A stretch of 63,682 nt of DNA, filler included, from Octopus bimaculoides (GCF_001194135.2; 4 parts of 4 records of this genome joined end to end with filler, not necessarily neighbours in it), one strand, 5' to 3'. Positions 40,881-53,745 are shown, counted from the whole stretch's first letter. The notes: generated from the letters alone by a model not told the origin. Made by a program: numbers and translations.

Positions 40881-41294
40881 AAAATTTTAAATCAATATTC
40901 ATATGGACGCTACGTTTCTATCGGTTTGATCATCGGACGTCAACGTATTTCTTATTTCTGATATGTACATAGTACCGAACTAGATTCGAAATCAGAAGCT
41001 TTATTTATAAGCAAGTAACGATAAAATCTCCGCTAACACATTTATCTAGGTCACAAACATCTGTATGATTAAAGCTCTATTTTTCAGCCTTATTTATTTG
41101 TCAAAAATACGCAGCCATATTAAGTTGATGCCAGTGAAAGGTTTACTGAAGAAATAGTCAACAAGCTCTATATGTGGTAGTTTATTTTTGATTTTTCTAG
41201 GTTTTCACTGTCGTTTTCTATCAATTATGGAAATATAATTCCAAATATGATACATGATTTCCTTTTGGGAGCCATATATGTTCAGCCAGTAAGT

Positions 41295-41818
41295 GCAGTG
41301 TGGCTGAATGGGTAAGAAGTTCGTTTTGCAACCTCGAGATCCCGGGTTCGATTTCATTGATTCCACCGTATGGCATCTTGGGCAAATGGTATTTTCTATA
41401 ACCTCGAGTTGACCCGTACATTCTTTCATGTTTTACTTGTTTCAGTCATTAGACTGCGGCCATGCTGGGGCATCGCCTTGAAGGAGTTGTAGTCGAATGT
41501 ATTGATCCCAGTACTTATTCTCCTTAAAACTTGTACTAATTCCATCGGTTTCTTTCGACGAACCGCTAGATAATTCGAACGTAAACACGCCAACACCGGT
41601 TGTCAAACGGTGGTAGGGACAGAGACACAAACACACATACACACACGCACACGTCTATATATACACGCCGGGCTTCTTTCAGTTTCCGTCTACCAAATTC
41701 ACTCACAACGCTTTCATCTGCCTGACGCTATAGTAAAAGACACTTGCCTAAGATGCCACACAGTAGGACTGAACCCGGAACCATGTGGTTAGGAAGCGAT
41801 CTCCTTACCACGCAGCCT
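41295..41818. mobile_element. SINE family A: + strand 5' fragment (41295-41415) abutting a full - strand copy (41430-41818)
   Basis: Homology to the 56537 copy in both orientations. Confidence 0.8.
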
Positions 41819-43271
41819 CCATTCGAACCTTTAGGGAGTCACCTGCTTCTCATTTATAAATCCCTCAGCAAATGCATAGGATGTTGCAGTTGCAGTTATT
41901 GTGTTCAGTCCCTTCCTCGGTAGATGTCGCTTTGATGGAGAACCAACGAAATGTGGAATTACTTTTGAACGCAGTCTTAATATTATATATGTTGCAGACT
42001 GTCTGAACTTCTCAAAAGATACTTTGAATTGGAATTTGGCCTGGCCCCCTACCAAATGAGCTGGGTGTTTGTTTATGGAAATATATTTATTAAATAATTA
42101 AGTTCTTTCGTAAAAAAATGATTCATTGGTGCAGATTGGTTTGGCCCGATTCAGAAGTCATTTAACAAACCTTTTCTTGACACTGCTTAGATCAGTGCTT
42201 CTCGAAAGAAGGCGATAGAAGATATATATACGGGTACCAGATCAAAGTGGGTGGGGGCCACGTGTGCACCTGTTCTGCGTTTTATTCTAATCTTTGTCTC
42301 TAATTTAATTTTAACTTCTAAAAAGTTTTGCATGTAATATTTATGATAAACTTTTTAATAACTATAACCACAACATAATCACAGCGGTTCCGTTGTTGGA
42401 GAATTGGAAATGCACACATCTATTTTCCCTCTTATGTCCCTGCCATAAGGCTTCACTTTTATATACGCCAGCTTAATTTAATTCGTCCTTAGTCGAAAGA
42501 CACCTGTTGTTATGTCCTGTTATTTGCATTTGCATTTGTGTAACATTTCTCCGTTTTTTTCCCGTCTTTATTTTCGTATGCATTCTCTGCTTTCTTCCAA
42601 GGAATCTAATGCTCTTAGCTTAGTTTTTCCTTGGGTTGACCAGATTGCAGCAATCTCGAGTATAACCAGCCGAAATTGCTAAGATAATCTGGAACTCGAC
42701 TGAGGAAAGAAAACTTCGAAATGACCTGTCCTTGTTTTTTCTTGTCCCTCTTTTGTATCATCTGTCNNNNNNNNNNNNNNNNNNNNNNNNNNNNNNNNNN
42801 NNNNNNNNNNNNNNNNNNNNNNNNNNNNNNNNNNNNNNNNNNNNNNNNNNNNNNNNNNNNNNNNNNNNNNNNNNNNNNNNNNNNNNNNNNNNNNNNNNNN
42901 NNNNNNNNNNNNNNNNNNNNNNNNNNNNNNNNNNNNNNNNNNNNNNNNNNNNNNNNNNNNNNNNNNNNNNNNNNNNNNNNNNNNNNNNNNNNNNNNNNNN
43001 NNNNNNNNNNNNNNNNNNNNNNNNNNNNNNNNNNNNNNNNNNNNNNNNNNNNNNNNNNNNNNNNNNNNNNNNNNNNNNNNNNNNNNNNNNNNNNNNNNNN
43101 NNNNNNNNNNNNNNNNNNNNNNNNNNNNNNNNNNNNNNNNNNNNNNNNNNNNNNNNNNNNNNNNNNNNNNNNNNNNNNNNNNNNNNNNNNNNNNNNNNNN
43201 NNNNNNNNNNNNNNNNNNNNNNNNNNNNNNNNNNNNNNNNNNNNNNNNNNNNNNNNNNNNNNNNNNNNNNN

Positions 43272-43312
<41 letters not shown>

Positions 43313-43402
43313 CACACACATATATGCGTGTGTGTGTGTGTGTTTGTGTCTTTTTGCGTTTATGTTTGCTCCACCACCACCAACAACAACAACAACAACA
43401 GC

Positions 43403-43515
43403 ACTGCTTGACAACCGCTGTTGGTTTGTACAGGGGGTGGGGTTTTTCTTCGACTAAACCCTCCAAGGCGGTACCCCCAGCATGGCTGCAAACCAAGGAA
43501 TGAAACGAATTAAAA
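43403..43515 (+). mobile_element. SINE family A, 3' part
   Basis: GCTTGACAACCG..CGACTAAACCC..CCAGCATGGCTGCA. Confidence 0.6.
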
Positions 43516-43869
43516 GATGTAAATATAAGACCGAAATAAAATTGTGCAGGTTACAAACGGCAGCACGTTAACTAGGTACGATGAAAGGACGACACCAGCA
43601 GTGGTAACGAAAAAGAAATTGAGTCAGTAGGCCAGTCAGGCATTCTACCACATCGTGTTGAATGGTGAGGTAGAAGCACACAGCAAGCCTAGAGTGAATT
43701 GCTAAGCTGTTGTTTTAGCGTGTGATGTTGCTATATTTTTACGTTTCCTGCAATAATATATAAACATATGACATTTGATTTATGAAGATTGTTCAGATTA
43801 TACAACATTTCTCTGCGCTCGCTCAAGCAATGACCTTATCTATCTATCTATCTATCTTTCTGTACACAT

Positions 43870-43923
<54 letters not shown>

Positions 43924-44886
43924 NNNNNNNNNNNNNNNNNNNNNNNNNNNNNNNNNNNNNNNNNNNNNNNNNNNNNNNNNNNNNNNNNNNNNNNNNNNNN
44001 NNNNNNNNNNNNNNNNNNNNNNNNNNNNNNNNNNNNNNNNNNNNNNNNNNNNNNNNNNNNNNNNNNNNNNNNNNNNNNNNNNNNNNNNNNNNNNNNNNNN
44101 NNNNNNNNNNNNNNNNNNNNNNNNNNNNNNNNNNNNNNNNNNNNNNNNNNNNNNNNNNNNNNNNNNNNNNNNNNNNNNNNNNNNNNNNNNNNNNNNNNNN
44201 NNNNNNNNNNNNNNNNNNNNNNNNNNNNNNNNNNNNNNNNNNNNNNNNNNNNNNNNNNNNNNNNNNNNNNNNNNNNNNNNNNNNNNNNNNNNNNNNNNNN
44301 NNNNNNNNNNNNNNNNNNNNNNNNNNNNNNNNNNNNNNNNNNNNNNNNNNNNNNNNNNNNNNNNNNNNNNNNNNNNNNNNNNNNNNNNNNNNNNNNNNNN
44401 NNNNNNNNNNNNNNNNNNNNNNNNNNNNNNNNNNNCTCTGGTCAATCTCTCATCAACTTCTTCAAGTATCACTCGAATAGGAAAGTGAAAGTAGAGAGGG
44501 AAGTTTTGTCTAGTGAATGTTTCAAAAAAAGATGAGTGAATGTAGCAAGGATGGCACGTGTGAATGACGGAGCCAGCTTGAGCATAATCCTATGAACCAA
44601 AAAAGAATGGAAAAAAGAGATACACTTACTGCAATGCGTTTTTTTTTTTTGCATGACATTATTGCCCAACGTTACCGTGGTCTTTTCCGTAGGCTTTTCT
44701 TTCTACGGATAAACCTAATCTGTTTTCCCTTTTTACATTGACATTTCTGTAATACACGATCCCTATTGATCGTTTTTTTTTTCCACTATCCCTTTTGATC
44801 GAAATTCGACCCACTTTTTTTTCTCTTCTTCTTCCCAAAAAGAAAAGTTCTATTTTCTGTGTTCAGCCCTATGTGGCCATATCTAT

Positions 44887-44970
<84 letters not shown>

Positions 44971-45103
44971 TTATTTATCTATCTATCTATCATCTATATA
45001 TCTAACTATCTATCTGTCTGTCTGTCCGTCTGTCTATCTATCTATCTAGCTAGACAAACATACGTACAGGCAGACAGACAGAGAGAGAGACAGACTGACA
45101 GGC

Positions 45104-45138
<35 letters not shown>

Positions 45139-45331
45139 TAGATAGCTATCGACGTAGCTAGCAAGCGCTCTGGCCGGTTGTTTATCTGCTTATGTATGTA
45201 TGTATGTATGTATGTATGTGTAACTTTAGGATTTAAGTTTTTTTTCCTTTACAGAATTCAAATCGACCACTAAGAAAGTAGCCGGGCTTTGTTGTATAAG
45301 TCAACTCAGCTCTTGGGGTTTGATTGGTGGT

Positions 45332-45379
<48 letters not shown>

Positions 45380-45479
45380 NNNNNNNNNNNNNNNNNNNNN
45401 NNNNNNNNNNNNNNNNNNNNNNNTTAATTAATTAANNNNNNNNNNNNNNNNNNNNNNNNNNNNNNNNNNNNNNNNNNNN

Positions 45480-45722
45480 CTTGTGCGGGTGGCACATAAA
45501 AGACACCATTTTGAGCGTGGCCGTTTTCGTGCGGGTGACACGTAAAAGCACCCACTACACTCTCTAAGTGGTTGGCGTTAGGAAGGGCATCCAGCTGTAG
45601 AAACTCTGCCAAATTAGATTGGAGCCTGGTGTTGCCATCCGGTTTCACCAGTCCTCAGTCAAATCGTCCAACCCATGCTAGCATGGAAAGCGGACGTTAA
45701 ACGACGATGATGATGATGATGA
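45480..45722 (+). mobile_element. 3' part of SINE family E with (GAT)n tail
   Basis: GGCGTTAGGAAGGGCATCCAGCTGTAGAAAC..CCCATGCTAGCATGGAAAGCGGACGTTAAACGACGATGATGAT; a tail fragment recurs near 59060. Confidence 0.65.
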
Positions 45723-46615
45723 TATATATATATATATATGTACATACACAAATGCATAAGCATTGATATGAATTATACACATTGATACTATGTGTGCAAA
45801 CAAATTTACTAAATATTTGATCCACACACTGCAATTGATACTGGTTAGAAACATAAGTACAACTTCTTGCCCCTCCCCCAACTGAGCACTGCCCTGCACT
45901 ATAACACAAATACACATACACACACTGTTTACAATAGGTAGTGCCAATAATAGTGATCTTCTATGTGCAAACCAAACATGTATGTATTGTACACTACAGA
46001 CGTAATTCACTTGAAGTAGATTATATCACCATTCTCTCTCTAAATCAACTGAAACAGACTGAGCTCATCCTTCTGGCTAATTGCTAATAAGTCTCTATCC
46101 AACTCATGCTGGCATGAAAACCTAGCTTGAGGATGTATTATTTATAAGGAGTGTAAACAGATCTACATGATTATCTTTGAAACCACAGAACTATTGGATG
46201 TATTGTTTATAGGGGAATGTAAACATCACTGGTTTGCCCAGGCAATATCATATGAAAACATTAAGTCTCAGGTCGGCTTAGACTGAGGCATTCCAGCCTT
46301 GACCATCCCATCCTTTTGTACAGCTAGAACAGTGTTGACTGTCTCCAGTTCTGAAGATGGTGAGGTGTGACGAGAGAATTTAGCTGCTATTTCTAGCAGA
46401 TCAAGTGTTAGTTGTTACATAGAAAAGGTGAGTGATAAGGAGGTACTAGAGATGATAATGTTGTGAAGAGGAATTTTCAAAGTGCTTATAACATTAAGTG
46501 GGTTTAGGTAAATAGAGACCATTGTAGTTGAGGCAAGAGAGAGAATTAAGATAATAGTTTAATTGGTGCTAGAATATTTGATGCAGTAACAAATATTGAT
46601 ATTACACCTTCAGTG

Positions 46616-46997
46616 TGTTGGCACTCTGTCGCTTACAACGTCAAGGGTTCCAGTTGATCTGATCAACAGAACAGCCTGCTCGTGAAATTAACGTGCAACT
46701 GGCTGAGCACTCCACACACACGTGTACCCTTAACGTAGTTCTCGGGGATATTCAGCGTGACACAGTGTGACAAGGCTGGCCCTTTGAATTACAGGCACAA
46801 CAGAAACAGGAAGTAAGAGTGAGAGAAAGTTGTGGTGAAAGAGTACAGCAGGGTTTGCCACCACCCCCTGCCAGAACCTCGTGGAGTTTTAGGTGTTTTC
46901 GCTCAATAAACACTCACAACGCCCGGTCTGGGAATCGAAACCGCGATCCTATGACCACGAGTCCGCTGCCCTAACCACAGGGCCATTGCACCTTCAC
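46616..46997 (-). mobile_element. SINE family C, full length
   Basis: Reverse complement of the 52122 copy. 12-bp TSD ACACCTTCAGTG at 46604-46615 and 46998-47009. Confidence 0.9.
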
Positions 46998-47129
46998 ACA
47001 CCTTCAGTGACAGAACATCAAAATGAGTGGATAATTGATTTAAAGCAGAAAAAAAAAAAAAGATAACCACAAATTTATTGTTCCCTAATAAATAGAATAT
47101 TTTTCTTCAATAACATTATCTAAAGATAG

Positions 47130-47497
47130 GTGAGGCATAGCAGTATAAGAAGTTTGCTTCCCAACCACATGGTTCTGGGTTCAATCTCACTGTGTGGTAC
47201 CTTGGACAAGTGTTTTCTACCAAAGCCTTGTAAATGGATTTGGTAGCTGGACTAAGAAATCCATCATATGTGTGTGTGTGTGTATGTGTGTGTTTGCATT
47301 TGTCTATCATTGCTTGACAACTGGTGTTGGTTTGTTTATGGCCCCATAACTTAGCAGTTCAGCATTAGAGACTGAAGGAATAAGTACCAGACTTATGACA
47401 AAAAATATAAGCACTGGGGTCAATTTGTTTCACTAAAACCCTTCAAGTTGGTGCTCCAGCATGGCCATAGTCCAATGACTGCAACAAGTAAAAGATA
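47130..47497 (+). mobile_element. SINE family A, full length, CpG-decayed
   Basis: Collinear with the 56537 copy. Confidence 0.85.
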
Positions 47498-47917
47498 AGA
47501 CTGTTAATCATTGTTATTTGAACTGGTTTCTCTAAGTTAGTTGCTAAGCAACACAATATTTGATCATTAGCCTACTTGGGAGCTTTAATGTAAGTCACTT
47601 TGATTGCTAATATAATTTCTGAGAAGCAGATATAAATTCTAGTCATCTGGGTCCATGATCCAATTTCTTTCTAAGGTGAACCCAGCTTTATAAAAGCAAA
47701 AAATTTCATGCACTCTTATTCCCTATTGCTCCATAAATTGATGGCCATGAAGTGACATCAGGAATTATAATTTCTAAAATTGCTTAGTAACTACTTTTGA
47801 ATATTCTCGCCAACTTACCCCCTTAATATTAATAACAACAAGCTAAAAGATAAAGTAAGGCCATTGGATATTAGGAACACCACTTGAAAATTTTACCTTG
47901 ACAAGATGTACATGCAT

Positions 47918-48290
47918 GGGTGCAGGTATGGCTATGGGGTTAAGAAACTCACTTTCCATCCACATGGTTTCAGGTTTGGTCCTACTGCACAGCACCTTGG
48001 GCAAGTGTCTTCTACTATAGCCCCAGGTTGACCAATGCCTTGTGAGTGAGTTTGGTAGACAGAAACTGTCATGGAAGCCTGTTGTATATATGTGATTTTG
48101 TGCTAGCTCTCCTGCCTGATCACTGCTTGACAGTTGATCCTTATTGACTTAGTAGTTCAGCAAAGGTGACCAATAGGATAAGTACCAGACTTTAAAACAA
48201 GCACTGAGGGTGATTTGTTTGACTAAACACTTCAAGGCATTGACCCAGCCTGGCTGTAGTCCGATGAGAGAAATAAGTATAAAATAAAAG
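47918..48290 (+). mobile_element. SINE family A, full length, CpG-decayed
   Basis: Collinear with the 56537 copy. Confidence 0.8.
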
Positions 48291-48604
48291 AATTCAACCT
48301 GAGCTCATCCTCACCAAACTATGCTCATGGTGGTGGAGTTAGATAATGAAGCATTAAGTTACGCAGTGCTTATATACACCATCCACTATACTATTAAGTG
48401 GTAACTATTTAAAACTAAAGAGATTTTAGCAATATAAGAGATGTTTTGGCTCTTCAATGTTATAGTATTGGTGTCAGAATCTTAACAATGAACTCTTTAG
48501 GTATTAAACTACCATCAACAAGGTTCAGTCATTCGTAATTATGTAACTAAACATTCCTTTCATAAACTTTCATGGGGCACTGAGCTGGTGTTTAACTCTT
48601 TGAC

Positions 48605-48921
48605 TGGCACTGTCGCTTACAACGACAAGGGTTCCAGTTGATTCGATCAACAGAACAGCTTGCTCATGAAATTAATGTGCAAGAGGCTGAGCACACCGCA
48701 AACACATGTATCCTTAATGTAGTTCTCAGGGAAATTCAATGTGACGCAGAGTGTGACAAGGCTGGCCCTTTTAATTACAAGTACTACTCATTTTTGCCAG
48801 CTGAGTGAACTGGAGCAACATGAAATAAAGTGTCTGGCTCTAGGGTACAACACATCACTGAGAATTGAACTCATGACCTTACAATCGTGAGTTGAATACT
48901 CTAACCACTAAGCCACATACC
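48605..48921 (-). mobile_element. SINE family D (different head and middle, same 3' half as family C)
   Basis: Head TGGCTTAGTGG..GAGTTCAATTC; middle CTCCAGTTCACTCAGCTGGCAAAAATG; shared tail ..TTGCACATTAATTTCATGAGC..GGAACCCTTGTCG. Confidence 0.8.
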
Positions 48922-49499
48922 TTCACCTTTTAGCATTCACATAATTCATTCAAACAGTAATGCTTATTTATTACCTCCACCTTCGCTAAGGCAGAGGTAT
49001 TGTTTACTTGCTTGTTTGTCTGCTGACAAGATATCTCAAGAACCACTGGATGGATTCAGATGAAGTTTTCGGGGATGTTTGGCCTTGTGACTGGCATGAA
49101 CTGATTAGATTTTGGGATCTATCCGGTACCATACAAGGATTGTGGATTATTTTTCCTGTTTTTTTCTTTATTTTTGAGAGCAGTCGGGTTCATTTTTAGC
49201 ATTTCCATTTGCGAGAGCAAACTAGTTTATTTCAGATATTCTCACTTTAAAAATCATCTCTGGCTAATTGTTGAGAGAACATTGGTGTTGCCTTGGCAGA
49301 GGTTTGCGCTAAGTATTCTTGTTCACTTTGTTTTGAATTAATCCTGCATTATCTTGTAACCTTGAGATTTTGATGAGGTAACTGTTAATTTTTAGGATAT
49401 TGTAGGGTTGGTGTGTGAGGCCAGGTCTAGCCAGTTTGAACATAAAACAGGTAGAATATTTTGGCTAGATATGGGCCAGTTTAAATACTAAAGAACTAA
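48922..49499 (+). mobile_element. piggyBac-like MITE (degenerate ends), interrupted by the HINE
   Basis: Ends TTCACCTTTTAGCATTC / AAATACTAAAGAACTAA. Body homologous (inverted) to 52083-52674. Confidence 0.55.
48968..49322 (+). mobile_element. HINE-like element nested in a piggyBac-like MITE
   Basis: 5' hairpin ACCTCCACCTT/AAGGCAGAGGT and 3' subterminal CCTTGGCAGAGGT. Inserted in a TT-rich site. Confidence 0.55.
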
Positions 49500-50005
49500 G
49501 TAAGAGAGAAAGCTTCTCTTGGACAGGACATCTTTCTATAGCAGATAAATTCACCAGTCAGCATACATAACTTAGCAGTGCAAGTCAATAAATCACTTAT
49601 CAAAATATACAATGTTTCGCTTGCTAATCTCAAAGAAATGTGCTCTACCAACAAAAATCTACTCACAGCTAGGTGGACTGAGCTATTTAGAATCAATTGC
49701 ACCAAATAAGCTACACTCAGCTTTATTTATTTATTTTATATAATTTAAGAAATGTTGGTTTAAGGATATAGTAGCCAAATTCTAAGTTCAATTAGTCAAA
49801 GTTAACACCCTTTCAGCCTTCTTGGGAGAACAGGATCAATAAACTTAATACATCAGGTATTATATCAGATCGTTTTATAGTTCGGTAGGTAGCTGGTATT
49901 TATTTAGCTAGCGCTGTAGCTCCTTACAACTACTACTCCTATTTCTTACTAAAACAATCATAAAGAAAAACAAAAAAATACTTCACATACTACTCACAGT
50001 GACAG

Positions 50006-50083
<78 letters not shown>

Positions 50084-50394
50084 GTAGACTACTATTCAAA
50101 ATCACTTCATAGTTGACAGATTGTTTTATTGCAGTGAGGAATTTCTATGCTTACACAAGCTTAGCATTTTAGTAAATAGTTGACATGATCTTATAGACAT
50201 AAAACTAAACATTTGTGACATTTGCAATCAAGAGGCTCAGAGAGAAATCTTGCAGGGTGGAACAAAACTGTATCCTAAGGTAGGGAGCCTCTGCTCAAAA
50301 TGGAGGATTTAAGGTTCAAATAAATCTTAAATCCTTAATTTTTTTTTACCCTCATAAAAAACAAAATAGCATGAAACCTCTTCTTTATAATATA

Positions 50395-50649
50395 TACAGG
50401 GTTGGCTAAAAGTCACCTGACAGTAAATTAAAACCCATTTAATTCCAAGATTAAAACAAAAAATTATTTCATATGAGACTTTGCTAATAGACAAATATTG
50501 AAAAAAAAAAAAAAAAATTTTTAAATGGTGATTTTAACTCACAGCATTCAATTATTAAACATTCATAATTGGAATGAATAAATAAAATTAGATATTAAGT
50601 ATTTATAGAACTTTGATTTACTGTCATGTGACTTTTGATCAATCCTGTA
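50395..50649. mobile_element. Tc1/mariner-type MITE
   Basis: TIR TACAGGGTTGGCTAAAAGTCACCTGACAGTAAAT / ATTTACTGTCATGTGACTTTTGATCAATCCTGTA (29/34). Confidence 0.75.
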
Positions 50650-50936
50650 TGTGTATGTATATATANNNNNNNNNNNNNNNNNNNNNNNNNNNNNNNNNNN
50701 NNNNNNNNNNNNNNNNNNNNNNNNNNNNNNNNNNNNNNNNNNNNNNNNNNNNNNNNNNNNNNNNNNNNNNNNNNNNNNNNNNNNNNNNNNNNNNNNNNNN
50801 NNNNNNNNNNNNNNNNNNNNNNNNNNNNNNNNNNNNNNNNNNNNNNNNNNNNNNNNNNNNNNNNNNNNNNNNNNNNNNNNNNNNNNNNNNNNNNNNNNNN
50901 NNNNNNNNNNNNNNNNNNNNNNNNNNNNGTCATACC

Positions 50937-50976
50937 GGCTATGACGAAGGGAAATAGCCCTGAAACTCGAGTCGCC
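50937..50976 (+). ncRNA. Hammerhead-like motif (variant core), probable Penelope pLTR fragment next to a gap
   Basis: GGCU-AUGACGA-AGGG aaauag CCCU-GAAA-CUCGAG-UC^GCC. Stem II intact, 8-nt palindromic stem III (ACUCGAGU), GUC triplet. C3 is replaced by A and stem I is out of register by 1 nt. Confidence 0.5.
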
Positions 50977-51334
50977 TTTATATATTTATATTTATATATT
51001 TGATCCTTTATATTGAACACTCAATATTTCATCTACATTCAATACTTTCTTTCATTGTGCCATCCATTTTTATTTTATTTTATTTTATATTGTATATTCC
51101 ATATTCTATACCCCACATTAGTTCTGCAGGAATATAAATAAAACATAAAAAACAGACAGTGTTGGAACTCTTTTAAACAAAATAATATATTCCTCTATAC
51201 ACAATCATACAAAAAACCCACCTTTTTTGTATTTATTTTTACTCGCATATATATATATGTAGGTATAATTGAAATTGAGGTTTAATATCAAGTTATCTAG
51301 ATATGATCACGTCAACAGGTAAATTATTTTCTGT

Positions 51335-51800
51335 GCACCAGAATGACCTGATAATATACTTCAAAGCTTTCCTGGCTCTTTCATCTGCTAAATTCCTAAC
51401 GCTATCAAAATCAATTTCTCAGGTAAAACTTAATCGAATATTTAGTCTTGCTAAATCAACAAAATGGCTTGGAGATATGTTAGTTTGAGAATGTTGTTGA
51501 CAATTCCAGCTACAATGTTATCAAAAGAAAGATCTTTTAGCAAACACTAACACAAATATTTAGAAAAAGTTTGTTGCTTATTAAGAAATTTACTAATTCT
51601 AAAGCTTTCCATTATAGTTTTCCAAACTGTGCTACAACTGACTCTAAATGTTGCAAACCTATTGCAAAATCTTACTGTTAAAGTAAATTGGTCTACTTCA
51701 ACTTCTCTTTCTAGCCCACTTTCAGACATTGAGGGATATTCCACAAGAAATCAAAACTACCAGCCAATGTTCAAAATACCCAGCTATTCATGAAAAAATA
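51335..51800 (-). mobile_element. hAT (ZMYM1-like) transposase C-terminal dimerisation-domain fossil with internal micro-inversion
   Basis: Minus strand: FDFLWN..MSESGLE..KALELVNFL..LFLNICVS. Plus strand 51485-51545: LRMLLTIPATMLSKERSFSK. Minus strand again: VDLARLNI..EIDFDSV..ERARKAL. Confidence 0.8.
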
Positions 51801-52082
51801 TCAAAACCTAGAAGACATTTTCTGTAATAGATCTCTTCTAGAGAATCATGTGTCAGTCACTTCTGCCCAGTTGGTATTAGTTGTGTTATTACGCATCCTT
51901 CTCTTTCAACTCAAATACAGAAAAAGGATGCTGCTATTATAAGATAAAAGCTTTTTTTTTTTACCCTAACTAAAAGCACAACATGAGTGAACAATAAATA
52001 TAGCATTTTTGTAGAAAAACTAAAAAACCCAGAAAATTAAGAAACCTCTACAAACTCCACTTTTCACAGTTTTTCATCTAAT

Positions 52083-52674
52083 TTAAGTTTGATATTTAAT
52101 CTAGCCATATCTGGTCCAAGTGTGGAGGCGCAATGGCCCAGTGGTTAGGGCAGCAGACTCGCAGTCATAGGATCGTGGTTTCGATTCCCAGACTGAGCGT
52201 TGAGTGTTTATTGAGCGAAAACACCTAAAGCTCCACGAGGCTCCGGCAGGGGATGGTGGCGAACCCTGCTGTACTCTTTCACCACAACTTTCTCTCACTT
52301 CCTGTCTCTGTTGTGCTTGTAATTCAAAGGGTCAGCCTTGTCACACTGTGTCACGCTGAATATCCCCGAGAACTACATTAAAGGTACAAGTGTCTGTGGA
52401 GTGCTCAGCCACTTGCACGTTAATTTCATGAGCAGGCTGTTCTGTTGATTGAATCAACTGGAACCCTCGACGTCGTAAGCGATGGAGTGCCAACACAATC
52501 TGGTCCAAGTATTCTGTTACATATCAAAACTGACCAGATCCAACCTTTCACACCTACCCTACAATGTCATTCTAGAAATATACAAATACACCATTGAAAT
52601 TTTGAAGCTACAAGACGTGTGATTAAATAATAAGCAATAAATTTGACAAAGAAATCTGAATGCTAAAGGGTTAA
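52083..52674 (-). mobile_element. piggyBac-like MITE interrupted by a SINE
   Basis: Intact end GAATGCTAAAGGG-TTAA (CCC TIR + TTAA). Homologous to 48922-49499. Confidence 0.65.
52122..52497 (+). mobile_element. tRNA-derived SINE, family C, full length
   Basis: A-box TGGCCCAGTGG, B-box GGTTTCGATTCC. 13-bp TSD ATCTGGTCCAAGT at 52109-52121 and 52498-52510. Confidence 0.9.
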
Positions 52675-52890
52675 GCTGCAAATTAAAGATGACAACATCA
52701 ATTCCATGCAGTATTTGCTGTCTCTTTGCATTCAGAGTTCAAATCCTGTTGTGGTCTGCTTAAACAATGTGTTGCATAGTCCAACTCCACCAGCTGGTCC
52801 TTGGGTGCCTTCAGTAAAGTTTGCTTTGCTGCAAGCATTGAAACCAGGCAGGTCTTTGGTTTAAGAATACCATCTGCTTTTTTTCCCTCT

Positions 52891-53178
52891 GGCACTCTGT
52901 TGGTTAACATGATGAGGATTCCAGTTGATACGATCGACAGAACAGCTTGCTTGTGAAATTAACGTGCAAGTGGCTAAGCACTCCACAAACACACTTCGTG
53001 TAGTTTTCAGGGAGATTCAGTGTGACACAGGGTTGCAAAACTGGCCTTTTGATTAATTTTTGCTAGATGAGTGGACTGAAGCAACGTGAAATAAAGCATC
53101 TTGCTCAAAAACGCTACTGGGAATCGAACTCATGATCTTAGAATTGTGAGTCAAATACCATAACCCATGCAATCTTCA
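52891..53178 (-). mobile_element. SINE family D, degenerate
   Basis: Collinear with 48605-48921. Confidence 0.7.
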
Positions 53179-53354
53179 TATTCCTTCCTTCTGAGGTCCT
53201 ACAAAGCATCACGAGCACCACCGATAAAAAAATAAGTTCTGTTTACATGCATTTCATCAACCACTTCTGTAAGTGGTAACTGCACTTCTGATTCTATAGC
53301 GTCTAAACCCACTTACAACCTTCACTGTCCAAAAGCTCTCAAATTGTATCCTGT

Positions 53355-53745
53355 CTTTTACTTTATTCAGATACTGAATTGCAGCTATGCTGGGGCACCA
53401 TCTTCAAGGATTTTAGCCAAGCAAATTGGCTCCAGTTTTTTAAAAAATTTTGGCTGTTATTCTATCAGCCTCTTTTGTCAAACCACTAAGTTAAGGGGAC
53501 ATAAACAAACTGACACCAGCCATCAAACAGTGGGGACACGAGCACAAATACCCACACATATATAATTATATGTAAACATACAACAGGCTTCCACTTAGTT
53601 TCTGTTTATTAAATTCACTTACAACACATTGGTTGGCCTGGGGCTATAGAAGAAGACACTTGTCTAAGGTCCTGTGCAGTGGGACTGAATCTGATACTAC
53701 ATAGTAACAAAGTGAGCTTCTTAACCACACAGCTATGCCTACACC
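53355..53745 (-). mobile_element. SINE family A
   Basis: Collinear with the 56537 copy. Confidence 0.75.

Noticed and set aside
42690-42735. CTGAGGA-AAG aaaa CTTC-GAAA..GTC hammerhead-like motif
   Set aside because: Stem I mismatches at the cleavage site and there is a single copy; possibly a decayed Penelope end but unsupported.
52122-52200. tRNA-like A/B-box sequences (also 6030-6101, 46920-46997 and others)
   Set aside because: They are SINE heads: no complete cloverleaf or acceptor stem, continuous with repeat bodies, with TSDs.
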